Below, one piece after another: positions 35,201 through 43,528 of a stretch of 64,000 nucleotides of DNA. The DNA comes from Candidatus Parcubacteria bacterium. Its GTDB lineage: Bacteria; Patescibacteriota; Minisyncoccia; Phycocordibacterales; Zambryskibacteraceae. Every line of letters begins with the position of its first letter. Position 1 is the first letter of the stretch. The notes beneath the pieces are model-generated. The model saw nothing but the letters and a program-made list of their open reading frames with translations. It was not told the DNA's origin and did no database searches. The position numbers were made by a program, and so were the translations under genes. The stretch spans positions 22,588-86,587 of the forward strand of contig JAIFWN010000005.1 of NCBI GenBank assembly GCA_019658995.1, written 5' to 3'.

Positions 35201-36063
35201 GTGACGGCGAAATTGTTTATTACCGTATTGGTAATGGTATTGGTGATAGTGTCACCGATCCGATCCGCACTGCTGTCGTTTTGGCGCGTCAGTATCGAAC
35301 GGATCATACTTACTACACTTTCCAGGTTGGTTACCTTGTTCTGTATATTTGCAACTTCGCGCGATGCGGCAGTGCTCGGCGCGGCAATAATCGGAGCAGT
35401 TACCGGAGTAACAGTCGGCGCAGGACTTTGCCTTTTGAAGATATCGAGAAAACTTCTCTGTGCTATAACAGGCGCAGCAACTTCTTCGGCCTTTTGTACT
35501 AGAGGACCCTCCGCAATGCGGATAGTTTCCCGCGCGGCATTCACTACGGAACTTACGACAGATCCGGCGCTTTCTTTTTTAGAAACTGTTTTCGAAACTG
35601 TCGGCTTCGGTTGTACGCTACTGAGGTTAGGAAGTTCGACCGCAGAACTGAGAGATCTCGTCTCAGCGGCTAGATCAACTACCGCTAAGGCGATTTCCCC
35701 CGCATCAATAATTTTTATTTTAGGAATACTCGAAGCAACTTCGGCGGCACTAGCATTGATAACCTCCCCTTCGCTTCGCCAGTAGTCTATGGTCTTGGCC
35801 AGAGTTTGTGCGGTTCTCTTGGCGTTTGTAAAACCTTTCGTCACATTGCCGACGAATCTCCTGAGAGCATCTTCCTTAGCGTTTGGGATCACTTCTCTGT
35901 AAACAGTCTGCGGGAGATGAACTGATGAGCCTACGGATTCGACCGCACTTTCTATATATTTGAGATCGAGATTCGGCGCCAGAGATAAATTTTGAGCGCT
36001 AGCGAAAAGAGGAGTCGAGGAAAGGACAATAACGGTTAGAGTCAGAAAGCGTTTCAAGATCAT
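32215..36063 (-). CDS. giant secreted/surface protein (1282 aa) with tail-fibre-like repeats and a Pro/Glu-rich C-terminal tail
   Basis: Signal peptide [23 protein letters not shown]. Long S/T/A/G/N-rich region with recurring motifs ([26 protein letters not shown], NHW(S/T)FRN.GG.L(F/Y)[12 protein letters not shown]). Two ~80 aa internal repeats. C-terminus [54 protein letters not shown]. Confidence 0.7.
   Translation of the reverse strand: [1282 protein letters not shown]
32225..32400. repeat. tandem ~40-bp coding repeats (GGTTC(G/C)GG..ACAGT(T/C)TC) encoding the [11 protein letters not shown] tail
   Basis: Direct near-identical nucleotide repeats seen in the sequence. The antisense frame reads as a GSGSETVSGSG artefact ORF (32195-32446). 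Confidence 0.7.
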
Positions 36064-36165
36064 TTTTTATTTCGTTTATAAATTTTACCTTGATTTTGTT
36101 GAGTTTTTTGCAAGCTAAAAGCCAATACTGGGGATATGAGACAAATTTTGTCGTGAAACTGAGTA

Positions 36166-36666
36166 TTAGATTGATAAAATCAATCTCTCAAGTAATGAAT
36201 CCAAACTGAAAACTCCCCTCCTCGCCTTGTGATAGCCGGCAGTCAGGCTCTCCGAGAGATTTTCCAATTCTTCCCTCTTCCAGTTTTTTATAAAAGATTT
36301 CGATTTTCTGAATACGAAAGGATTCAGCCCGGCCTCTTCGGCGCTTACGCATCTTTCCGCAAGCAGAAGCGATTTCACTCCCCACATCACGCGCCAGAAA
36401 ATTTCATCCGCGGTCATTCCCGATGCCAGAGCTCTTTGGTAAATCATCCAAGCATTACGTTTATCTTTCGCACCTATGGCGTCGGTGAGCGCGAAGATAT
36501 TAAAATCGTTTTCATTTTTGCCGAATACCGCATCATCTGTCTCGACCTTGCCATCTCCGAGATCCATGCTGACTGTTTCTCCAAATAAGTTTTTTTCGTA
36601 ATACTCTTCGCTCATTGCATTGGAAATATCTGATATAAATTTTATAAACTTTTCTGGTCGTTCCAA
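36166..36666 (-). CDS. DNA polymerase III delta-subunit (HolA) C-terminal-domain-like protein, lacking the N-terminal AAA-like domains
   Basis: NIFALTDAIGAKDKRNAWMIYQRALASGMTADEIFWRVMWGVKSLLLAER...LTAGYHKARRG resembles HolA domain III. Only ~55 aa precede it. The start overlaps the polA stop by 25 nt. Confidence 0.4.
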   Translation of the reverse strand: MERPEKFIKFISDISNAMSEEYYEKNLFGETVSMDLGDGKVETDDAVFGKNENDFNIFALTDAIGAKDKRNAWMIYQRALASGMTADEIFWRVMWGVKSLLLAERCVSAEEAGLNPFVFRKSKSFIKNWKREELENLSESLTAGYHKARRGVFSLDSLLERLILSI

Positions 36667-39083
36667 TTTCTCCCGGTATGGACTTCCGCAACGACCGGCA
36701 CACCGTGAGTTTCTTTTTCTCCGAAAACATTTTCCATAATTTTTTTGAACTCGGGTCCGGCGGTGCTCACCAGATCGCCGTCGATCTCGTAAACAATTTC
36801 GTCATGCACTTGGAGAACCAGGGAAACTTTTTTACGCCAGTTATTTTTTTCTATGAGGTCATCAATTTTTTTCATGGCGATCTTTACGATGTCCGCTTCG
36901 GTCCCTTGTATCGGAGCATTGACCGCCATGCGCTCGGCCTGTGCGCGGATGTAAGGCAGCGGACTGCGCAGACCAGAAAAATATCTTCGGCGTCCGAACA
37001 TCGTCGTGGTGTAGCCGATCCTCTCCGTCTCTGCTTTCACTCGGTCAATATACCCGGCAAGTCCGTGAAAGGTTTCGAAGTAATTATTGTAAAACTCCTG
37101 CGCTTCCTTGCGATCCGTCTTCAGGTTATTTTTGAGCGCATTCACGCCCATACCGAAAAGCACTCCGAAGTTTATGGTCTTTGCTTTTATCCTCATGGCC
37201 TTGTCGACCTTGTCAGCAGAGACGCCAAAAACTCTCATGGCTACGCCGGTGTGAACATCTTCGCCGTTCCTGAAGATCTCGATAAGTTTCTTGTCTTCCG
37301 AGAGGATGGCCGCTATGCGGAGCTCGATCTGTGAATAGTCGAGCGATAAAAGCTGTTTACCCTCTTCCGCTACGAAAGCCTTCCTTATAGCCCGGCCGAG
37401 TTCGGTTCTGATCGGGATATTCTGCAGATTCGGATTCTCGGAAGCCATCCTGCCGGTAGTGGAACCGGCCAGTATAAAGCGGGAATGAAGTCTTGATCCT
37501 TTGTCGAGCTGGTCCGGTATCGAGTCTATATATGTGGAAAGAAGCTTGGATAGCTCCCTATACTCAAGGACAAATTCTATAATCGGGCTTTTGTCCTTTA
37601 ACTTTTCAAGTTCGGACTCCTTGGTAGAAAAGCCTCCTGTAGCCGTTTTCTTCTGCCTTGAACCTCCCAGGCCGAGTTTGCCGAAGAGGATTTCCCCAAG
37701 CTGTTTCGGCGAGCTTATATTGAACTCTCCCCCGGCGATATCCCATATCTTTTTCTCAAGTTTATTGAGTTCTTTGTGATACTCCCTTGAAAGCCCACCG
37801 AGCATTTCCCGATCAACCATGATCCCGACCTGGTTCATCCGCTCTACCACCGGTATAAGCGGTTTTTCTATTTTTTCGTAGACTTCGCGGCTTTTTCTCT
37901 TATCGAGCTCGAGGTTAATGACTTTCCAGGCATTTTCCACAGTCTTGGTCTTGGTAAACTGGAAGACGTCGTCAATGGTCGGATTGGTGATGTTGGAATC
38001 CACCACCCAGAGAGCTAGGGGTAGCTCTTTGATATCGGCCTCACTGACACCATTGGCGAGGCTGGATGCAAGGCCGAGCTCGTCGGAGCCCGTCGGATTT
38101 TGACGGGTTAAGAGTGGGGCATCTGCGCCAGCCGAGCCTCTGTTCAACAGTTTCCTGATCCTCTCGGGCATTGTTCTGAATTCTAGTTCGCGGAAGAGGT
38201 CATTGAGCTTCTCTACCTCGAGTTCTTCTCTCCAATGCTTTGGCAATTTAAAATTTATGGGAGCGTCACGCCGGATAGTGGCCAGAGTCTTAGAGAAGAG
38301 CGCTTCTTCCTCGTTTGCGAGAAGGAGGTCCCGTACCCTCTCGCTGATGCCGGCCTTTTTGTATTCATCACCCTTCTTCAGGGCTTTGTAAATTTTTTCT
38401 ATAGTACCGAAAGTCTGAATCAGAGCCGTAGCAGTCTTTTCTCCGATACCTTTGACCCCGATAATGTTATCGGACGGATCGCCTCTCAGTCCCTTGAAGT
38501 CCGGAAGAAGCTCTGGCGGGAAGCCGAAGCGTTCCTCCACCCTCTTCTCATCGTAGAGGACTATGTCACTTAGACCTTTGCGCAAGGTGTAGACCTGCAC
38601 GCGCTTATCGTCGACAAGCTGCAGGGTGTCCATGTCTCCGCTCGCTATGACAATGTCGGTCGATTTATCTTTTTTCAAATCCTCAGTGATCGTACCGAGC
38701 ACATCATCGGCCTCAAAGCCTGGGCAGGAGTAGATCGGTATACCCCAGGCGGTGAAAACGTTTTTGGCCCGCTCGAGCTGAAGTTCGAGATTTTCATCGA
38801 TCTTTTTACGCGTGCCCTTGTAGGCTTCGTAAGCTTCGTGCCTGTGAGTCTTCTCGGGCAAATCGAATGCGGCTACTATGTAATCCGGCTTCAGATCTTC
38901 GATAATTCTCACGAGCATCGAAACCAGGCCGTATAAGGCTCCCGTTGGCTCGCCCTTGGCCGTCGAAAAATCCGGCAGAGCGTGGTAAGCACGGTGGATT
39001 ATGGCGTGAGCATCAAGAAGAATCAGTCTGGATTTCGGTTTATTGGTCTTGGATTTCGAACTCTCTGGTATTTTCGTCGACAT
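36642..39083 (-). CDS. polA: DNA polymerase I (5'-3' exonuclease + polymerase domains)
   Basis: 813 aa. N-terminal 5' nuclease motifs (LILLDAHAIIHRAYHAL; GFEADDVLGTI), then the pol A palm motifs (DYSQIELRIAAILSED; KTINFGVLFGMG; LQVHDEIVYE). Confidence 0.93.
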   Translation of the reverse strand: MSTKIPESSKSKTNKPKSRLILLDAHAIIHRAYHALPDFSTAKGEPTGALYGLVSMLVRIIEDLKPDYIVAAFDLPEKTHRHEAYEAYKGTRKKIDENLELQLERAKNVFTAWGIPIYSCPGFEADDVLGTITEDLKKDKSTDIVIASGDMDTLQLVDDKRVQVYTLRKGLSDIVLYDEKRVEERFGFPPELLPDFKGLRGDPSDNIIGVKGIGEKTATALIQTFGTIEKIYKALKKGDEYKKAGISERVRDLLLANEEEALFSKTLATIRRDAPINFKLPKHWREELEVEKLNDLFRELEFRTMPERIRKLLNRGSAGADAPLLTRQNPTGSDELGLASSLANGVSEADIKELPLALWVVDSNITNPTIDDVFQFTKTKTVENAWKVINLELDKRKSREVYEKIEKPLIPVVERMNQVGIMVDREMLGGLSREYHKELNKLEKKIWDIAGGEFNISSPKQLGEILFGKLGLGGSRQKKTATGGFSTKESELEKLKDKSPIIEFVLEYRELSKLLSTYIDSIPDQLDKGSRLHSRFILAGSTTGRMASENPNLQNIPIRTELGRAIRKAFVAEEGKQLLSLDYSQIELRIAAILSEDKKLIEIFRNGEDVHTGVAMRVFGVSADKVDKAMRIKAKTINFGVLFGMGVNALKNNLKTDRKEAQEFYNNYFETFHGLAGYIDRVKAETERIGYTTTMFGRRRYFSGLRSPLPYIRAQAERMAVNAPIQGTEADIVKIAMKKIDDLIEKNNWRKKVSLVLQVHDEIVYEIDGDLVSTAGPEFKKIMENVFGEKETHGVPVVAEVHTGRNWNDQKSL

Positions 39084-39477
39084 GCTTGATACCTATATGT
39101 ATAGCATCTTCCGGAAGAATTTCCCCTACTTTATCTGCCCACTCCACGAGGACCAGATTACCTGGCCTTTTGACTATTTCTCTCCAGCCGAGATCGAGAA
39201 GTTCCTGGGGGCTGTCGAGCCTGTATGCGTCTATATGTATAAGGTGTTCCCACGGCTTCTTCCTCAGTTCATAAATCTTTTCTATAAGAAATGTCGGACT
39301 CTGTATGGGATCATGAACCCCGAGCGTCTCGCCGATAAATTGCGAGAAGGTGGTCTTGCCGCTTCCCAGATCGCCTTCTAGCGCTACGACAACGGCTCTC
39401 TCGCCCGCCTTAAGTGAGCGCACAAACTCTTCGGCAATCTTGCGCGTCTCATCATTACTGTTAGAGATTATCCTCAT
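39040..39477 (-). CDS. tsaE: tRNA t6A37 biosynthesis protein TsaE (YjeE)
   Basis: AVVVALEGDLGSGKTTFSQ (P-loop) and SPTFLIEKIY...HIDAYRL are the conserved TsaE motifs. Confidence 0.8.
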   Translation of the reverse strand: MRIISNSNDETRKIAEEFVRSLKAGERAVVVALEGDLGSGKTTFSQFIGETLGVHDPIQSPTFLIEKIYELRKKPWEHLIHIDAYRLDSPQELLDLGWREIVKRPGNLVLVEWADKVGEILPEDAIHIGIKHVDENTREFEIQDQ

Positions 39478-39488
39478 ACTCCTACTAT

Positions 39489-39520
39489 AAACGAAAGGGC
39501 CAGAGATTTCTCTCTGGCCC
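39489..39520 (-). terminator. intrinsic terminator after the lipoprotein gene
   Basis: 10-bp stem GGGCCAGAGA/TCTCTGGCCC with loop TTTC. Followed on the minus strand by TTTCGTTT. Confidence 0.65.
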
Positions 39521-39527
39521 CTCAGGA

Positions 39528-39911
39528 CTAGCGGCCGGTTCGTATTCGGCGCGGCGGCCTCAAATTGTCAATCGTCCAGATGTCGGCAAACGTCTTATTT
39601 CCCCTGATGTTGCGCTTATAAGAAGCCATGCCGATGTAGGTACTGCCCTTGATGCGGCCCTTGGCGACCACGATCACTTGCTCAGGACCGCCAGGCTCAT
39701 GATTGATGCCGATGATCTCACTGTGCCCGAGAGCCAAACAGCTGATGTGCTGACCATCATTCACCTCGATGTCGATGCAATCGGCGTAATTGTTGACCAC
39801 AGTCAACTCGATCCCGGGAAGCGCTCGGGTGTAGACACCACTTCTACCGTGTCTAGGCAGAGTCGCGCATCCAACCAAGGTTAGCGAGAAGATCAATAAA
39901 AATTTTCTCAT
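39528..39911 (-). CDS. hypothetical lipoprotein
   Basis: Signal peptide with lipobox (MRKFLLIFSLTLVGC). 127 aa, no family assignment. Confidence 0.5.
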   Translation of the reverse strand: MRKFLLIFSLTLVGCATLPRHGRSGVYTRALPGIELTVVNNYADCIDIEVNDGQHISCLALGHSEIIGINHEPGGPEQVIVVAKGRIKGSTYIGMASYKRNIRGNKTFADIWTIDNLRPPRRIRTGR

Positions 39912-40020
39912 CGGATCTCTCCGTTTGTGGGTTCTATTCTTATTATATCACATATCTTATCTAAAAGTCAATAGCAAGAAAAAGCCTTATCCTAGCTCTT
40001 TTTAGAGTACAATTATATAA

Positions 40021-41703
40021 ATGGTACAGTTCAACGAAGAGAAACAGGAAGAGCGCATAGGTCTGCTGAGAAAAAAGGAGGAGGAGGATCTGGCTCAGAC
40101 CCTTTCCTCTCAATACGGCGTCCCGTATATAGACCTGACCGTACACGGTATAAATATCGACGCTATCCGGCTCATTAAGGAGGAAGAAGCCAGAGCCGCC
40201 GAGATCGCCGTCTTCAATATCAGCGATAAGAACATCCAGGTAGCAGTTCTCTCCCCCGAAAGCGACAAGGCTAAAGCCGCAATCGAGGACCTTAAATCCC
40301 GCGGATACATACCCGAGATCTTCATGGTATCACACGCCTCTCTCCGGAAGGTCTGGGACAGATATAAGGACCTATCATACTCCTTCGAGACAAAGTCCGG
40401 AGCGCTTGATATTTCCAATGAAGAAATATTGGAGATAACAAAGAAGGTCCAGAAGCTCGAAGACATAAGGAAACTCATTCAAGACGTGCTGGGACAGAAA
40501 AAAGCCTACAGAGTGTCGAAGATCCTAGAGATAATTCTTGCCGGCGGCATAGCCCTCAAGGCTTCCGACATTCATCTCGAACCGGAAGAAAAAGAAATAC
40601 GCCTGCGCTACAGGCTAGACGGAGTGCTTACTGATATTCTCAATTTCGACAAGGAAACATTTGAACTCCTGCTCTCCCGTATCAAGCTGGTCTCGAATGT
40701 GAAATTGAATATTAAGGAGAAGGCCCAGGACGGGCGCTTCTCCATCCGCATACATGACGAATCGGCCGAAGTGCGAGCCTCGCTCCTCCCTGGACCCAAC
40801 GGCGAGTCGGTGGTGCTCCGCATACTCGTGCCCGAAGCTATCAGCGTGCCCCTGGAGGAACTCGGCATACACCCTAAACTTCTAGAAGTCTTGAAAAGAG
40901 AAATCATAAAACCCAACGGCCTGATTCTCACTACCGGTCCCACCGGGAGCGGCAAGACCACTACTCTTTACGCATTTTTGAAAAAGATTTACTCGCCGGA
41001 TATCAAAGTTATCACCATAGAGAACCCGATCGAATATCACCTCAAGGGTATCGTCCAGACTCAGACCGATGAGGAAAAGGGTTATACCTTCGCTGAAGGC
41101 CTCCGCTCGGCGCTCCGTCAGGACCCGGATGTCATAATGGTCGGAGAGATTCGCGATGCGGAAACTGCCGCCACAGCTGTCAACGCTTCGCTCACCGGAC
41201 ACCTGGTGCTCTCGACTCTGCACACCAATAATGCCGCCGGCACTTTCCCCCGTCTGCTTGATCTTGGCGTCAATCCAAAAGTCATATCGAGCGCCATAAA
41301 CGTATCCATCGCCCAGCGCTTGGTGCGCAAGCTCTGCGAAAATTGCAAAAAGGAAGTACCCCTCGATGGTGCGACAAAATCCATGTTCGACAGGGTTCTT
41401 AGCGGCATAACCGATAAGAAGTACCTGGAAAATATCCAGGGAGAAAAGATTTGGGAAGCGGTCGGCTGTGAAAAATGTAATGGTCTCGGGTACAAAGGCC
41501 GACTGGGAATTTTTGAGGCCATACTGGTCAACGGAGCCATCGAGAAAGCGGTGAATCTGAACCCCTCTGAGCGGGACATCACCGCCGCGTCGAGAGACCA
41601 GGGACTCCTGAACCTGATCGAGGACGGCATACTGAAGGTCCTCAAAGGTGAGACATCATTAACGGAGCTTCGTCGAGTTGTTGATCTTTCGGCCTTGGAG
41701 TAA
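40021..41703 (+). CDS. pilB: type IV pilus assembly ATPase PilB (GspE family)
   Basis: Walker A LTTGPTGSGKTTTLYA, Asp box, Walker B VIMVGEIRD, His box LVLSTLHTNNAAG, and a tetra-Cys motif (CENCKKE...CEKCNG). Confidence 0.88.
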   Translation: MVQFNEEKQEERIGLLRKKEEEDLAQTLSSQYGVPYIDLTVHGINIDAIRLIKEEEARAAEIAVFNISDKNIQVAVLSPESDKAKAAIEDLKSRGYIPEIFMVSHASLRKVWDRYKDLSYSFETKSGALDISNEEILEITKKVQKLEDIRKLIQDVLGQKKAYRVSKILEIILAGGIALKASDIHLEPEEKEIRLRYRLDGVLTDILNFDKETFELLLSRIKLVSNVKLNIKEKAQDGRFSIRIHDESAEVRASLLPGPNGESVVLRILVPEAISVPLEELGIHPKLLEVLKREIIKPNGLILTTGPTGSGKTTTLYAFLKKIYSPDIKVITIENPIEYHLKGIVQTQTDEEKGYTFAEGLRSALRQDPDVIMVGEIRDAETAATAVNASLTGHLVLSTLHTNNAAGTFPRLLDLGVNPKVISSAINVSIAQRLVRKLCENCKKEVPLDGATKSMFDRVLSGITDKKYLENIQGEKIWEAVGCEKCNGLGYKGRLGIFEAILVNGAIEKAVNLNPSERDITAASRDQGLLNLIEDGILKVLKGETSLTELRRVVDLSALE

Positions 41704-41886
41704 TATGCCGAAAGGGTCTCTAAAAGATTCAAGGGCGTACATCTCCAAGCAATAAGCATAACCTATGAGGATAGCGGCAGCCTCGCAAGCGAGACCACGC
41801 ACGTCCTTAAGGAGACGCTCAAAGCCATCGCGAGAGGGCAATTGCTTAGAGATGTATGACCTGGAAAGCCAGTGTTGAGAACCGAA

Positions 41887-41915
41887 TTGAACCGAGCCAC
41901 ACCCTAGCATATAAT
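41887..41915 (+). promoter_or_regulatory. sigma70-like promoter TTGAAC-17nt-TATAAT ending 7 nt upstream of the ruvB ATG
   Basis: TTGAAC at 41887-41892, a 17-nt spacer, TATAAT at 41910-41915. The ruvB ATG is at 41923 with no room for a Shine-Dalgarno, which suggests a leaderless or near-leaderless transcript. Confidence 0.4.
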
Positions 41916-41922
41916 ATATTTT

Positions 41923-43004
41923 ATGTCAAGTGACCTTGCTTATCTGGATACGGAGCTCAGACCCTCGACTTGGAACGATTACGTCGGGCAAAAGTCTATA
42001 AAAGATAACTTAAAGATTCTTATCAGAGCCGCTTCGGAGAGAAATTCGCACCCGGAGCATATTCTTTTCTACGGGCCCCCGGGATTGGGCAAGACAACTC
42101 TTGCCCACCTCATTGCCAAGGAAACCGGCAGACAGATGAAGGTCACCTCGGGACCGGCTATCGAAAAAGTCGGGGATCTGGCATCGGTACTGACAAACCT
42201 TTCGGCCGGAGACATTCTCTTCATCGATGAGATACACAGACTCAATAAGACTATCGAGGAAGTCCTCTACCCGGCTATGGAATCCGGGACACTAGACATA
42301 ATCATAGGCAAGGGCCCTTCTGCACGTACCATACAACTCGAGCTTCCGCCGTTTACCCTTCTTGCCGCCACCACTCGAGTGGCAATGATTTCATCGCCTT
42401 TGCGCAGCCGCTTCTCGGGAGGGGTTTTCCGACTGGAGTTTTAACCCTTCTTGCCGCCACCACTCGAGTGGCAATGATTTCATCGCCTTTGCGCAGCCGC
42501 TTCTCGGGAGGGGTTTTCCGACTGGAGTTTTATACGGAAAAGGAAATTGAAGAGATCGTGCGACGTTCGGCAAGAATTTTAGGCGTCGAGGCCAAGGCCG
42601 GATTCGAAACCGCCATCGCCAAGCGCGCCCGCTTCACTCCGCGTACGGCCAACTATTTTCTCAAGCGTTCACGCGATTACGCCCAGGTACATAAACGCGA
42701 TCTCGATACGAGTACGGTCGAAGAGGCTCTGGAGCTCCTTGGTGTCGATCAGGTGGGGTTGAACCCTTCCGACAAAAAGCTTTTGCAAACCCTTGCCGAC
42801 AAATTCGGCGGTGGACCGGTTGGCCTGGGAACATTGGCGGCCGCCCTCTCGGAAGAGGTCGCCACAATAGAAGAGTTCAATGAACCCTACCTCATACAGC
42901 TCGGCCTCCTCGAGCGCACTCCCCGCGGCCGCGTCATAACAGAGAATGGCTACAAGCATCTCGGCAAGACTCCGCCGAAGGATTTGCAAAAAAAATTACT
43001 CTGA
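41923..43004 (+). pseudogene. ruvB: ruvB (Holliday junction helicase) interrupted by an 89-bp perfect tandem duplication
   Basis: ORF 41923-42444 encodes the RuvB N-domain (Walker [16 protein letters not shown], Walker [11 protein letters not shown]) and ends at a TAA created by the duplication junction. ORF 42468-43004 continues the RuvB sequence (RLEFYTEKEIEEIV...winged-helix C-terminus). Removing one 89-bp copy restores a single ~330 aa RuvB. Confidence 0.8.
42355..42532. repeat. perfect direct tandem duplication, 2 x 89 bp (42355-42443 and 42444-42532)
   Basis: The two copies are identical in the sequence (ACCCTTCTTGCCGCCACCACTCGAGTGGCAATGATTTCATCGCCTTTGCGCAGCCGCTTCTCGGGAGGGGTTTTCCGACTGGAGTTTTA). 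89 is not a multiple of 3, so the reading frame is broken. Confidence 0.95.
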
Positions 43005-43528
43005 TGGCAGGTCATAACAAATGGAGCAAAATCAAAAGGCAGAAGGAAAAGACTGATGCGCAGAAGTCGAAGATTTTCGGAAAGATTGCTAAGGCTATAG
43101 CCACTGCCGCCAAAGAAGCCCGAGGAGACAAGAACTCCCCCGTTCTCCGTGCGGCCATAGACAAAGCGCGTGAATATAATATGCCTATAGAAAACATCGA
43201 ACGCGCCATCAAGAAAAGTTCAGAGGCCGGAGAGATGGAAGCTATCACTTATGAATCGTACGGTCCGGGCGGGTGCGCATTGATTATCGAAGCCCTGACC
43301 TCCAATCGCAATAAAGCTGCGCAGGAAGTGAAGCATATCCTCTCCGAGTTCGGTCTTACTCTTGCCGCCCAGGGATCAGCTTCGTGGGCATTTACCAGAG
43401 AAGGCCAGGAATGGAAGCCAACCATGGCAGTGCAAGTATCCGAAGAAGACGGAAGCATTCTGGAAAATCTGATCGAGAAACTTGAAGAGAATGACGAGGT
43501 CCAAGACGTCTACACCAATGCCGAGTAG
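43004..43528 (+). CDS. yebC: YebC/PmpR-family probable transcriptional regulator (short, 174 aa)
   Basis: MAGHNKWSKIKRQKEKTDAQKSKIFGKIAKAIATAAKEARGDKNSPVLRAAIDKAREYNMPIENIERAI is the conserved YebC N-terminus. Conserved ruvB-yebC-ruvC neighbourhood. Confidence 0.8.
   Translation: MAGHNKWSKIKRQKEKTDAQKSKIFGKIAKAIATAAKEARGDKNSPVLRAAIDKAREYNMPIENIERAIKKSSEAGEMEAITYESYGPGGCALIIEALTSNRNKAAQEVKHILSEFGLTLAAQGSASWAFTREGQEWKPTMAVQVSEEDGSILENLIEKLEENDEVQDVYTNAE

Noticed and set aside
33371-35785. Long plus-strand ORFs (33371-33994, 34952-35785, 32498-32863, 32195-32446) inside the giant-protein region
   Set aside because: They are antisense to the 1282-aa minus-strand gene and consist of low-complexity A/V/G/S runs. 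These are mirror-image artefacts of a repeat-rich, GC-skewed coding strand.
41659-41910. 83-aa minus-strand ORF in the pilB-ruvB spacer
   Set aside because: No RBS and no coding bias. It overlaps the promoter-like element for ruvB and has Cys/Leu-rich random composition, so it is probably spurious.
42391-42573. ORF 42391-42573 (minus) and the GTG-initiated second ruvB ORF as independent genes
   Set aside because: Both are by-products of the 89-bp duplication. The downstream ruvB ORF simply continues the RuvB sequence and is better explained as part of a disrupted single gene.
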